Shown in pieces: positions 9,192-18,701 of a stretch of 64,000 nucleotides of DNA. Origin of the DNA: Candidatus Hermodarchaeota archaeon (GTDB lineage: Archaea > Asgardarchaeota > Lokiarchaeia > Sigyniarchaeales > SOKP01); NCBI GenBank assembly GCA_048885525.1, contig JBHLLP010000015.1, forward strand, positions 6,348-70,347. The letters are read 5' to 3'. Every line of letters begins with the position of its first letter. The stretch's first letter is position 1. Both the position numbers and the translations under genes were made by a program. The notes under the pieces were generated by a model. The model did not search any database. It was not told the origin of the DNA and saw only the letters and a program-made list of their open reading frames with translations.

Positions 9192-10601
9192 TTACATTCC
9201 AATTTTAGATTTCTTTTCTGCATGTATTTTAGTTATTTTTTCTTTAACATCTTTCAAACGATCACCATGAAGTGGATATTTAAGCATTGTTAAAATAATA
9301 ACTGATAACGCTATTGCTGGAAAAACAAATCCTAATAATCTCAATCCCATTATCTGCTCTTGTGAAATTGTAGTCGGTTCAAAAATCCTCCATCCTACAT
9401 TAGTGAACACAAGACTAATTGAAAGAAAGACAAAAATATATCCAACTCTTAAGAAGAATATATAAATTCCAAAATAACTAGCATCACGTTTCGTACCAGT
9501 GTTCACTTCATCTTCATCGATTATATCAGAAACAATAAGATCTTTTGAATAAAGGGATCCTGCTAATCCTATACCTGCTAAAAAGAAAATAATTAATCCA
9601 GACCATCTATCTGAAATAAACATGAGAGGTGCTAAAGTTACGATCCATACTGCTGATGATATCATCCACATTTTCCTTACTCCCATTTTAGCAGCAAGAG
9701 GTTTCCATAAAAATGTAATGAATAATGCTGCAGATAAAAAGGTTAAACCTAATAATATTGATATGAACCAAGAATCACCTTCACCAATACCTAATACATA
9801 TTTCCCATAAAGCGGTAATATTGTTGGAAGTATTGTATCAACGAAAAAATCTCCCATAAAAGCTGGAATTGCCCATCGAAAAGATTTATTTTTCATACAT
9901 ATTTTAAATGAGGTAAAGAAACCTGGAACATCTTTATGGTCTTGTTGGAATTCCTCTCTTTCGCGTGGTGAGAATTTCAAAAAAATTAAGCCAACAATTA
10001 TAATAATTACAGTTAAAATTATCCCAAAAATCGCATATTCAGTTAAGTAGGATGGATCTGAATAGTCTGGAATGAAAAATCCGGGTAAAATAAAAGCAAA
10101 AATTAAACCAAAAATTGCAAAAACTTGACGAATGTTATTTGCTTTTATCCGTGATTCTTTTGTAATAAATATTTCAGGGAGCATAGATGTGAGATTAATG
10201 TCATATGTAGTATAGCACATCTCAAAAATGAGAATAATGATGATGAAATATACAAAATTGCTTGTTTGGTCGGCAATTCCATATGAGAGTGGTGGAAAGA
10301 ATAAGAAGAACATTACAAGACTTAGTGGACCAAGTGCAATCATAATGTAAGGTCTTCTACGACCCCATTTTGTATGTGTCCTATCACTAATATATCCTAA
10401 TAGGGGATCATTGAAAGCATTCCATATAGACCATATTAAAAATCCAATTGATATTAATACTACATCAAGTCCAACTACAGCATAATAGAATGTAAATATT
10501 AAAAAGGTAAACGCTTGATATGCTGTAATTAGGGAAATTTGTCCAAAGCTATAGAAAGCAGCATCTTTATTTGAATATTCTTTAGGTAGGTTCTGTTCCA
10601 T
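9192..10601 (-). CDS. MFS glycoside-pentoside-hexuronide (MelB-like) symporter
   Basis: WNAFNDPLLGYISDRTHTKWGRRRPY, DIIDEDE..TG.KR; about 12 TM helices. Confidence 0.92.
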   Translation of the reverse strand: MEQNLPKEYSNKDAAFYSFGQISLITAYQAFTFLIFTFYYAVVGLDVVLISIGFLIWSIWNAFNDPLLGYISDRTHTKWGRRRPYIMIALGPLSLVMFFLFFPPLSYGIADQTSNFVYFIIIILIFEMCYTTYDINLTSMLPEIFITKESRIKANNIRQVFAIFGLIFAFILPGFFIPDYSDPSYLTEYAIFGIILTVIIIIVGLIFLKFSPREREEFQQDHKDVPGFFTSFKICMKNKSFRWAIPAFMGDFFVDTILPTILPLYGKYVLGIGEGDSWFISILLGLTFLSAALFITFLWKPLAAKMGVRKMWMISSAVWIVTLAPLMFISDRWSGLIIFFLAGIGLAGSLYSKDLIVSDIIDEDEVNTGTKRDASYFGIYIFFLRVGYIFVFLSISLVFTNVGWRIFEPTTISQEQIMGLRLLGFVFPAIALSVIILTMLKYPLHGDRLKDVKEKITKIHAEKKSKIGM

Positions 10602-10693
10602 TTTAAACCCATTTTAATTTAAATTTTAATAAAAAACTTTAGATTAAGCTTATATAAATACCTATCGAATAAAATGAAGTATATGACAAAGAT

Positions 10694-10822
10694 GTGATAT
10701 ACTATTTACCCCGGCAGTTGATTACTACAAGGAAAAATGCCCGCTTTTGGAGCTTCTCCTTATTACTGATTACAATTTTGATTATTATTGTTACAACCAT
10801 CTATATAAAAAAGCATCAATAA
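10694..10822 (+). CDS. Possible 42-aa membrane peptide or remnant of a C-terminal anchor
   Basis: GTG...TAA frame ending FWSFSLLLITILIIIVTTIYIKKHQ (TM plus basic tail); below the ORF-track cutoff. Confidence 0.25.
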   Translation: MIYYLPRQLITTRKNARFWSFSLLLITILIIIVTTIYIKKHQ

Positions 10823-10843
10823 ACAAGTTATAAATTTGAATAA

Positions 10844-10865
10844 TGTTCGAAAAGTGCACCTCAAA
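10844..10865 (+). promoter_or_regulatory. Putative transcription-factor site, copy 1 (TGTTCGAAAAGTGCACCTCAAA)
   Basis: 19/22 identical to 12024-12045; upstream of a TATA-like TTATATAAA and the LVIVD gene. Confidence 0.55.
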
Positions 10866-10907
10866 TCTTAATAATTTATACTTATATAAACTAAATTAAA
10901 CATTCAA

Positions 10908-12014
10908 TTGCATATCAAAAAAATGAATTCAAAGAATTTCCAGTTTAAAACAATTTTACTTATTGCTATTATTTCTTTTATGATTTTATCAGGTCAAAAA
11001 AAAGTGGTTGCCGTTTCAAATATATATCCTCAAAAGATCGGGCAATTCGAAACATTAAATGCTTGGGATGTGGTTGTAATCGATGATATAGCCTACATCG
11101 GAGGAACTGAAGAGGGGTTGCAAATTATAAATGTTTCTAACCCTCGCAATCCAACCGAGTTGGGGCATATTGACCTCGGAGTAACTCACAGTATCGATGT
11201 TATTAATGGGGTTGCTTATTTAGCAAATTATTTTAGTGGTTTGCAAATAGTTAATGTATCAAATCCTTTAAATCCTATTAAGATAAGTGATTTCTATAAT
11301 GGGGGACATGTTTCTGATGTTTTCACTGTTGGAGATCTTGTTTATTTAGTGAGTTTAGAAAATGGACTTGAAATTATTAACTGCAGCGATATTAGACATC
11401 CAACTAAAATTAGTGAATATAATGATGGTGGATCGCCTAACACGGTTTTTATTAAAGGAGAATTAGCATATATAGCAGAATACCATGCTGGTTTGGAAAT
11501 TGTAAATATCTCAGATCCATATAATCCTTTCGAAATCGGAGGATGCTTTAATGGAGAAGGTGCTTACAGTGTTGACGTCATAGGAGACATTGCTTATTTA
11601 TGTTACAGTTCAAATGGTTTAGAGATCTTGAATGTTAGTAATCCTAGCCTTCCGACTACTTTAGGATCATTCAACAATGGAGGTATTTTATACTTTGCTT
11701 ACATTTTAGATGATGTAGCTTTTTTATCAGATGATGTAGATGGGCTTGAAATCGTTAATATTAGTGATCCCTCTAATCCTTGGAAGATAAGCGGATTTGA
11801 TGATGAAGGCCACACGAGGAACTTATTTGTTGATAATAATTTTGTGTTTTTAACTGATTTAGACGATGGTTTAGAAATCTTTGAGCTTTTAGATATTCAA
11901 TCAAGTCATAATCAAAATTACCTATACTCGATAATATTAATTATTATTTTGACAGGTGGAGTTATAGTGATAGGTTCGTTTTTAATAAAAGTTAAACACA
12001 ATAGAAAAGCGTGA
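10908..12014 (+). CDS. Surface LVIVD-repeat (beta-propeller) protein
   Basis: About 7 repeats of AY....GL(Q/E)I(I/V)N(V/I)S(N/D)PxNP; N-terminal signal peptide; C-terminal TM plus basic tail; ATG 10923 may be the real start. Confidence 0.9.
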   Translation: MHIKKMNSKNFQFKTILLIAIISFMILSGQKKVVAVSNIYPQKIGQFETLNAWDVVVIDDIAYIGGTEEGLQIINVSNPRNPTELGHIDLGVTHSIDVINGVAYLANYFSGLQIVNVSNPLNPIKISDFYNGGHVSDVFTVGDLVYLVSLENGLEIINCSDIRHPTKISEYNDGGSPNTVFIKGELAYIAEYHAGLEIVNISDPYNPFEIGGCFNGEGAYSVDVIGDIAYLCYSSNGLEILNVSNPSLPTTLGSFNNGGILYFAYILDDVAFLSDDVDGLEIVNISDPSNPWKISGFDDEGHTRNLFVDNNFVFLTDLDDGLEIFELLDIQSSHNQNYLYSIILIIILTGGVIVIGSFLIKVKHNRKA

Positions 12015-12023
12015 ATTCAAATT

Positions 12024-12045
12024 TGTTCTAGAAGTGCACCTTAAA
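12024..12045 (+). promoter_or_regulatory. Putative transcription-factor site, copy 2 (TGTTCTAGAAGTGCACCTTAAA)
   Basis: Near-identical to 10844-10865; 85 nt upstream of ATG 12109. Confidence 0.55.
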
Positions 12046-12108
12046 CGTTTAAAAATCAAATTATTTCTTATTTTATAAATAAAACTCACAATTAAAAGGT
12101 AAATTTAA

Positions 12109-12699
12109 ATGAATCTTAATGTAAATAAGGTAAGAGATAGATTAAGTTCGACTTTAACTAGTATTTCTTCTATTTTAATTCCAATCTTCCAATATGTTCC
12201 AGCTACGGCTATATGGTTTGGTATTATGAGCGTACCATTGTTCACATATTTAATGTTCTTCTTTCTAAGTCCTGAAATTATAATATCTGATATTAGATTT
12301 TTATTTAGCAGTCATGAAATCTATATAATAATATTAGGATTTTCATTCTATATGTATTCTCTAATATATCAATTAACTCATAGAAAGCAATTAATTAGAA
12401 CTGGACCATATAAATATGTACGACACCCTCAATATATTGCTTTAATCATTATGACTTTTGGTATGACATTAATAGTCTTCCAAACTAGTCCAATAATCGA
12501 GTTCGATTTAAGCATTGATGCATATGCTTTTATATTTTTAATTTGGATTGGTGAAGTGGTAGCTTATATCATTTTAGCTAAGATCGAAGATTATTCCTTA
12601 AAATCTAAATATGGGGATGAATATATAGATTATGCAAATGGAGTATCTTTTATGATTCCATTCTTAAAATTATATCGAAGAAAATCTCAAAAAGAATAG
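12109..12699 (+). CDS. ICMT/PEMT-family membrane methyltransferase
   Basis: LIRTGPYKYVRHPQY; ED..L..KYGDEY..Y...V..MIP. Confidence 0.85.
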   Translation: MNLNVNKVRDRLSSTLTSISSILIPIFQYVPATAIWFGIMSVPLFTYLMFFFLSPEIIISDIRFLFSSHEIYIIILGFSFYMYSLIYQLTHRKQLIRTGPYKYVRHPQYIALIIMTFGMTLIVFQTSPIIEFDLSIDAYAFIFLIWIGEVVAYIILAKIEDYSLKSKYGDEYIDYANGVSFMIPFLKLYRRKSQKE

Positions 12700-12720
12700 T
12701 GTTTAATAGGTTTTAAGATA

Positions 12721-13443
12721 TTGAACAATAATAAAAAATCTAAAAAATTAACTTATTTTTTCTTATTAAAATTTATTCTTCTCTTTTTTTCTGTTATAAT
12801 CTTATCAGTTGTTCTATATCAATTAATTCAGTCATTAGATGAATTTTTCGGTCCTATTGAGGAGTTTTCTGTTGGAATAATTTTAATTTCAATTTTAATA
12901 GCAGTAATTTTATTATTATCTGTTTTTGAAATATTAACAGTAAAAGAGTATAGAGGGTATTTTATTAGAAAACCTTTTATTCAACGAGGAAAATCTTATT
13001 TGACTCTCACCAACATCTTTGAAAATGAAAACCGTATGAACATAATAAAACAGATTCTTAGTAATCCAGGTATTCATCAAAACGAATTATTGCGAAATTG
13101 TGATTTACAAAAAGGACAATTGCAATGGCATTTAGATGTCTTACTGAAGAATCGTATTATAAAAAAGGAGAAATATGGTCAATATTCGATATATTTTCCA
13201 ATCACATCCTCTATTGAATCAATTGAAAAATTTAAAAATTGGCCTATAAAATCAGAAACTACTGAAAAAGTGTTAAATATTATTCAAAAAAATCCAGGAA
13301 TTAATTCTTCAAAGATCGCGAGAATTTTAAATCTTTCACGTAATACAATAAAATATCATATTGATAAACTTATTGACGAAAATTTAATCGATCTTAAAAG
13401 AAATGGGCGAAAATTAGAATTATTTCAAAAAATTGAGAATTAA
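12721..13443 (+). CDS. Membrane-anchored double winged-helix transcription regulator
   Basis: Two N-terminal TM helices; NPGIHQNELLR...LQWHLDVL and NPGINSSKIARILNLSRNTIKYHIDKL. Confidence 0.85.
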   Translation: MNNNKKSKKLTYFFLLKFILLFFSVIILSVVLYQLIQSLDEFFGPIEEFSVGIILISILIAVILLLSVFEILTVKEYRGYFIRKPFIQRGKSYLTLTNIFENENRMNIIKQILSNPGIHQNELLRNCDLQKGQLQWHLDVLLKNRIIKKEKYGQYSIYFPITSSIESIEKFKNWPIKSETTEKVLNIIQKNPGINSSKIARILNLSRNTIKYHIDKLIDENLIDLKRNGRKLELFQKIEN

Positions 13444-14321
13444 ATCCTTATTAATTTTGGAAATTTATTTTGTTTTAATAATTCTTTTTGAATTATGTCT
13501 TCTAATAGTTCTTCTCTTTCACTTCCAGAAAGAATTTCTAATTTTCTGATATTTAATGGATCCACCTTTTCTCTTAGTAATTCAATTTCTTTCTTCGAAG
13601 GAGGTAAAGTTCCTTCTATTTTATCCGGAATAATCAGTTCAAATCCAGTTGAATTTTTTATAGTCTCAGGTTCAATCCCTGGATGAATTGACTTTAATCT
13701 CATCCTTTTTGTTTTGTTTTCAAAATCTAAATATGCTAGATTAGTAATCACGCATTGGGGACCTGAACCACCACATATAGAAGGCTTTCCATCTGGAAAT
13801 CCTACTCCAGAGATGAAGGATATATCTTCAGTGGGTACAAATGTTCTTTTATCATGTCTTGGAGTATAAAGAAAAGAACCACGAGAATAAAACATACTAA
13901 AATCAAGAATGCCCGCAGCTCCGGGAAGTCTAATTTTAGGTTTATTCCAATCACCTATACATATATTATTACTATTCCCGTATTGATCTATTTGAGCTGG
14001 TCTAAAGAATTCAATAGTTGTAAGTTTATCAGAAGGAAGAGATTCTAGCGTACATTCTACGCTGTCTTGGAATCGATAAGCTCGAGCCGTATTCATTTCA
14101 AGATACAGTAGGCTTACTTGACGAGGTTCTAATACAAAGGTATTTCCCATTATATAATGATATATTGCATCAGGAGCATGAGTTACTTTTGCTAATGTAA
14201 AAGCTGCCCATACCATAGGTGTTGCAACCCCAACAATCATGACATCATCGTTTCTGACTTCTCTTGACATTAAAACAGTCATCATCTCATCAATAGTATA
14301 ATCTTTTGAATAATCACTCAT
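13440..14321 (-). CDS. Class I CoA-transferase beta-subunit family (GctB/IpdB-like)
   Basis: AQIDQYGNSN, RLPGAAG, VITNLAYLDF, SIHPG, TGFEL. Confidence 0.88.
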   Translation of the reverse strand: MSDYSKDYTIDEMMTVLMSREVRNDDVMIVGVATPMVWAAFTLAKVTHAPDAIYHYIMGNTFVLEPRQVSLLYLEMNTARAYRFQDSVECTLESLPSDKLTTIEFFRPAQIDQYGNSNNICIGDWNKPKIRLPGAAGILDFSMFYSRGSFLYTPRHDKRTFVPTEDISFISGVGFPDGKPSICGGSGPQCVITNLAYLDFENKTKRMRLKSIHPGIEPETIKNSTGFELIIPDKIEGTLPPSKKEIELLREKVDPLNIRKLEILSGSEREELLEDIIQKELLKQNKFPKLIRI

Positions 14322-14333
14322 TAATTTAACCTC

Positions 14334-15194
14334 CTATATTAATATATTAGAAATAGTTTGTATTCCCCCTGTTTCTTCTAAATATTGAATAGGTGTTTTA
14401 TTAGTTATGAATTTTTTTTTATAATTTTCAAAATTAGTTTTTAAATAACATTGAATATGAAGAGGATCAAATGTATAAATTGGATAACATGAGGTGGGAT
14501 GTGCTCCAAATGGAACTTTAACAACAGCACTAGTAGTTTGAATAGGTAATTGAGCTTTTCCTGGCAAGTAGCGAATATCCTCTGTTTCAACTAATTTTTC
14601 GCAAACAATAATAGTTTTTTTTGCGGTTTTTCCCATATCAGCGTCCATCCATACAGCTCCAGCAATATTACCATTCCCAAATTCGTCAGCATATGGTACA
14701 TGAATTATTGCGACATCTAAATCGATCTTAGGTACTGTCATTACCTGTATTCCAGAGCCAAGAGGATCTTCAATTTGTTTAATATCATTTCTTACTTTTG
14801 GCATATCTGTACCAATAAGTCCTTTCAAAGGCATGAAAGGAACCTTCAAATATGAAGCTCTTAATCCTAAAGCGATTGTAGCTTCACTTTCTTCTGATAT
14901 TTTAATCGAACTAGATTCTACAGCCCTTCTGTAATTTGGTGCCATTCCGAAAATCTCCATTCCAACAAAACAAGAACGTACCTCTGAAACGCAACCTCCA
15001 GCAATTAACATATCAATTTCAATACCGCCAACAAATGTACATAAAGATAAATCCTTTTTATTTTGTCTAACTATTTCTCTACATGCACTAATTGGCTTTC
15101 TCCAAAAAGAAAGCCCCCCAAATCCTACAAGATCTCCATCTTGAACATAATTAGAAATTGCATCCTCTAAAGACATTAATTTGCTCTGAATCAT
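14334..15194 (-). CDS. Class I CoA-transferase alpha-subunit family (GctA/IpdA-like)
   Basis: KLMSLEDAI...DGD.VGFGG, GLRA...VPFMP, DVAIIHVPYADEFGN, PFGAHPTSC. Confidence 0.9.
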   Translation of the reverse strand: MIQSKLMSLEDAISNYVQDGDLVGFGGLSFWRKPISACREIVRQNKKDLSLCTFVGGIEIDMLIAGGCVSEVRSCFVGMEIFGMAPNYRRAVESSSIKISEESEATIALGLRASYLKVPFMPLKGLIGTDMPKVRNDIKQIEDPLGSGIQVMTVPKIDLDVAIIHVPYADEFGNGNIAGAVWMDADMGKTAKKTIIVCEKLVETEDIRYLPGKAQLPIQTTSAVVKVPFGAHPTSCYPIYTFDPLHIQCYLKTNFENYKKKFITNKTPIQYLEETGGIQTISNILI

Positions 15195-15399
15195 TCTAAA
15201 TCAACTTCTTAATTCAAATTTTTAAAAAGGCTTTTTTGAATTTAATATAGAAAATATAATTATTTTTCAAATTAAAAGTAATAATATTTAGTAAATTATT
15301 GGAGGGATTTTCTTTATACTCTAAATTCTCTTTTTACTAAATGTTCCTTATTAAAAAACTAATAATCAATATCTTTTTTCCAAAAGATTGAAACAATAA

Positions 15400-16167
15400 T
15401 TAATTTTTTTTAACTTTATCCAATTCCTTTTTCAGTTTTACAAAATATTCTGGTGTAGATATTTGATATGGTATGGGATATCTTGTCCCTGCTTTATGTG
15501 TCTCCTCCATACCGACTATTATTTCATCAATTATACCAATTGGTATTGAAGCAATTAAATCATTATCTGTGGCATTTCCATATCGACGATCGCCCAAGCA
15601 AGGAAAAGCTATTTGTAAATCATTGGTGAGAAGTGTATTTGATATTGTATCTGCGCATACACCATCACAGAAAGTAGACATTGAAATTCTACCACCCTTT
15701 TTCCATAAATAACCTTGAATGATTCTCATGATTTGTGCGGAATTAGCCCATATGAGGATTATATCAGGATCAAAATCAATGCGATGCAGAGCACCTGAAA
15801 GAATGGCTTTATATTTTCCATATGGAATTTTAGGTATGGTTTGTGTAGTTTTTTTTGCGGCTTCCTTTGTTTCATTATATCTTCCCAGAAAAAAAGCGCC
15901 TTCTTCAAATAATTTATGAGATTCCTCAAAACCTAAAGAAATATCAGCAAGTGGACATATATTATCTTCTTTATTACAACCCATCGTCCATCCATAATAT
16001 CTGGAAAAACTGAAAAGTTGGCATATTACCATTTCAGTTTCTGGTCTTTTTAGGAATTTTATATTATTTAAATCATTTGGATCTTCTAATAATTTTACCG
16101 CAACTGGAAAAGTAGCTAATCTAAGATACTTATTCAGCTGATTATTTAATTTTTCATATTTACCCAT
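15400..16167 (-). CDS. DUF169-family protein
   Basis: PVAVKL, ICQ..SR..G, CP...LG, DPD.ILI, GVCAD, PCLGDR. Confidence 0.85.
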   Translation of the reverse strand: MGKYEKLNNQLNKYLRLATFPVAVKLLEDPNDLNNIKFLKRPETEMVICQLFSFSRYYGWTMGCNKEDNICPLADISLGFEESHKLFEEGAFFLGRYNETKEAAKKTTQTIPKIPYGKYKAILSGALHRIDFDPDIILIWANSAQIMRIIQGYLWKKGGRISMSTFCDGVCADTISNTLLTNDLQIAFPCLGDRRYGNATDNDLIASIPIGIIDEIIVGMEETHKAGTRYPIPYQISTPEYFVKLKKELDKVKKN

Positions 16168-16249
16168 GGAATCACATATCTTTAGTATTTAAAAAATAAT
16201 TAAATGATAGAGTATTTCAAAATATAATAAATTAATACTTTAGAAAAAG

Positions 16250-16792
16250 ATGGATACAACCAGAAAGAGATTAAAACAAGGATTAGTTCAAGTATACTTT
16301 GGACGAGGAAAAGGTAAGACCACTGCCGCAATAGGGCAAGGTGTACGTGCAACAGGACATGGATTTAAAGTATATATGATTCAATTTATGAAAGGAAATT
16401 ATAAGTACGGTGAAATTGAAGCTATTAAAAATATACCGAATTTTGAATTGAAACAATTTGGTAGTCCTGATCTAATTGCAGAACCGGGAGAATTTGATAT
16501 AAATGAAGGAAAAAAAGCTCTTGCTTTCGCTGAAGAGACTATTATGAGTGATAAATATGATATTGTCATTCTTGATGAAGTAGGAGTTGCCATATCAATG
16601 AATGTAATACCTGTTGAACCAGTTTTGGATCTTATAAAAAGGAAGCCAAAGTTTGTAGAATTAATACTTACAGGAGGACCAAAAATGCATCCTAAGATAA
16701 AAGAGATAGCTGATTTGGTTACTGAGATGAGAATGATAAAACATTACTATTCTTCTCAAGGAATCACCGGTAGATATGGTATAGAATATTAA
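16250..16792 (+). CDS. cobO: Cob(I)yrinic acid a,c-diamide adenosyltransferase (CobO/BtuR)
   Basis: GLVQVYFGRGKGKTTAA.G, QFMKG, YDIVILDE, ELILTG, ADLVTEM..IKH, G.EY. Confidence 0.93.
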   Translation: MDTTRKRLKQGLVQVYFGRGKGKTTAAIGQGVRATGHGFKVYMIQFMKGNYKYGEIEAIKNIPNFELKQFGSPDLIAEPGEFDINEGKKALAFAEETIMSDKYDIVILDEVGVAISMNVIPVEPVLDLIKRKPKFVELILTGGPKMHPKIKEIADLVTEMRMIKHYYSSQGITGRYGIEY

Positions 16793-16883
16793 TATAGACA
16801 AATTTAACCTTTATATAAACACATTATATGGAAAGAGAACAGATTTTTATTAAAACTATTGATTATTAAAAATCATAAAAAAT

Positions 16884-17249
16884 ATGTCACCTTTAAGTTT
16901 TAAAAAACTAATTGCTGTTTGTGGCTTAGATTGTGCTCAGTGTAAGATCTACTTGGCCCCCTTTAATCCTAAAATTACTCAGCAATTAATTAGAACCTTT
17001 AATAATATTTGGGATAATGTAAAACCTGAAGATTTCCATTGTAGTACATGTAGAGGTGAAATTTCCGATTGCTGGACAAAAGAGTGCTGGATACGAAATT
17101 GTTGTATAAATAATAAAAAGTTAGAATTTTGTTATCAATGCCAAGATTTCCCTTGTGAAGGCTTAAAAGAGAGGGCAAATAAAAGTAAAAGATATAAAGC
17201 TGCCTTAAATAATCTAAAAAAAATGAAGAAGAAGGGAAGGAAGGATTAG
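16884..17249 (+). CDS. DUF3795 Cys-rich protein
   Basis: IAVCGLDCAQC, CSTCRG, CWIRNCC, FCYQCQDFPC. Confidence 0.85.
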   Translation: MSPLSFKKLIAVCGLDCAQCKIYLAPFNPKITQQLIRTFNNIWDNVKPEDFHCSTCRGEISDCWTKECWIRNCCINNKKLEFCYQCQDFPCEGLKERANKSKRYKAALNNLKKMKKKGRKD

Positions 17250-17310
17250 TTCATAATAATGTTCAAATTATAGAGTATTTTCTTTCTAATCCTGCAAAAT
17301 CAAAATATTA

Positions 17311-18594
17311 TTGTTCAATTACATATTTTTCATTTATTATCTCAAAATTAAAATTATCTTTATTAGAGAATTAATGGAACTTGATAATATAGATAAAAAT
17401 AAACGCAGAAATCTAGTTGCTTTAGCCATCACCAAATTAATTCATGGATTTGGAGTGGGGATGTTTGCTATAGTCTATCAACCATATTTACTTGAACTTA
17501 CAAATTCAATCGTATTAACGGGGCTATTTATTTCATTTGGATTAATAATACAATTTATGCCAATGCCATTAATAGGGAGATTATCTGATAATTTTAACCG
17601 TAAATTCATCCTTATTTCAAGTGTACCTATAAATATTTTAGGTCTAATATTTTTAGTTTTAGCTAATGTAAATAGTATCTATTTTGTTATTTTTGGAATA
17701 ATATTTTATTTTTTAGGTTTCATACTTAATAATTTAAACTCTCAATTCTTAGTTGCAGAAAATAGTAATAAATCTAAGGGAAGAACTTTTGGGTTTATGT
17801 TTTTTTCCTATTTTACTGGGAATATTGGTGGAACATTTTTTATAATTCTAGGAGAAGGTCTCAATTCTAGATTTTATTTGACATTTTTTGTTCTATTGTT
17901 AATTTGTGAAGAGATATTCTTCACATTCTTTCTTACTGGTCAAATTAAAAATAATCCAAATCAAAAACTTCAAATTAATAATAATATTAAGAGGAAAGAA
18001 AACATGTGGGTAAAGATATTTACGACAAAAACATTAAGATCAATTTTAATATTCTTTACATTAGATGTTTTCGTTTATAGCATTTCTTATTCAATATATC
18101 CTGGTGGACTGAATGATTTTTATAGTCTTACCAAAGAAGAAATTGCTTTCATTTCATTATGGTTTAATATTGGAAATTTGATTTTTCAAATTCCCGCTGG
18201 ACATATAACAGATAAAATTGGTAATAAAAAAGTATTAATCCTAAGTCAATTCTTTGGATTTGGTTTTTTTTTCATGAACATATTATCTGTTATCCTTTGG
18301 ATGAATTTTATTAGGCATACTTTGATCCTCACACTAAGTATTGGATATTTTTTATTTGCTTTATCTGTTTGTACTTTTATACCAGCTGAGCAAATAATAT
18401 TAACAAATTTAGGCGAGGATCAGAAATCTGAATCTTATGGGATAGTTTCATTTTTTAGAGGTATTGGACTGATTCCTACTGGAATTATAGGAGGTTTACT
18501 TGTCGAATATATTCATTATATCTCACCATTTATCTTTAGTACCATAGGACTTCTATTTGAGATATTATTCATCATAAAATATCTTCATGAGTAA
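17311..18594 (+). CDS. MFS transporter
   Basis: GRLSDNFNRK and GHITDKIGNKK MFS motif A; about 12 TM; probable start ATG 17374. Confidence 0.88.
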   Translation: MFNYIFFIYYLKIKIIFIRELMELDNIDKNKRRNLVALAITKLIHGFGVGMFAIVYQPYLLELTNSIVLTGLFISFGLIIQFMPMPLIGRLSDNFNRKFILISSVPINILGLIFLVLANVNSIYFVIFGIIFYFLGFILNNLNSQFLVAENSNKSKGRTFGFMFFSYFTGNIGGTFFIILGEGLNSRFYLTFFVLLLICEEIFFTFFLTGQIKNNPNQKLQINNNIKRKENMWVKIFTTKTLRSILIFFTLDVFVYSISYSIYPGGLNDFYSLTKEEIAFISLWFNIGNLIFQIPAGHITDKIGNKKVLILSQFFGFGFFFMNILSVILWMNFIRHTLILTLSIGYFLFALSVCTFIPAEQIILTNLGEDQKSESYGIVSFFRGIGLIPTGIIGGLLVEYIHYISPFIFSTIGLLFEILFIIKYLHE

Positions 18595-18701
18595 TCTATA
18601 TTTTTTAGATTTAAAATCATAAGAATTAAAATTTTTCTTTAACTCAAAAAATTAGAATTTTTAAAATAATAAAGTGAATCAAAAAATAAAATGATGAAAA
18701 T

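Noticed and set aside
11030-11890. Periodic DNA similarity inside the LVIVD gene
   Set aside because: Explained by ~43-aa protein repeats, not a DNA repeat array
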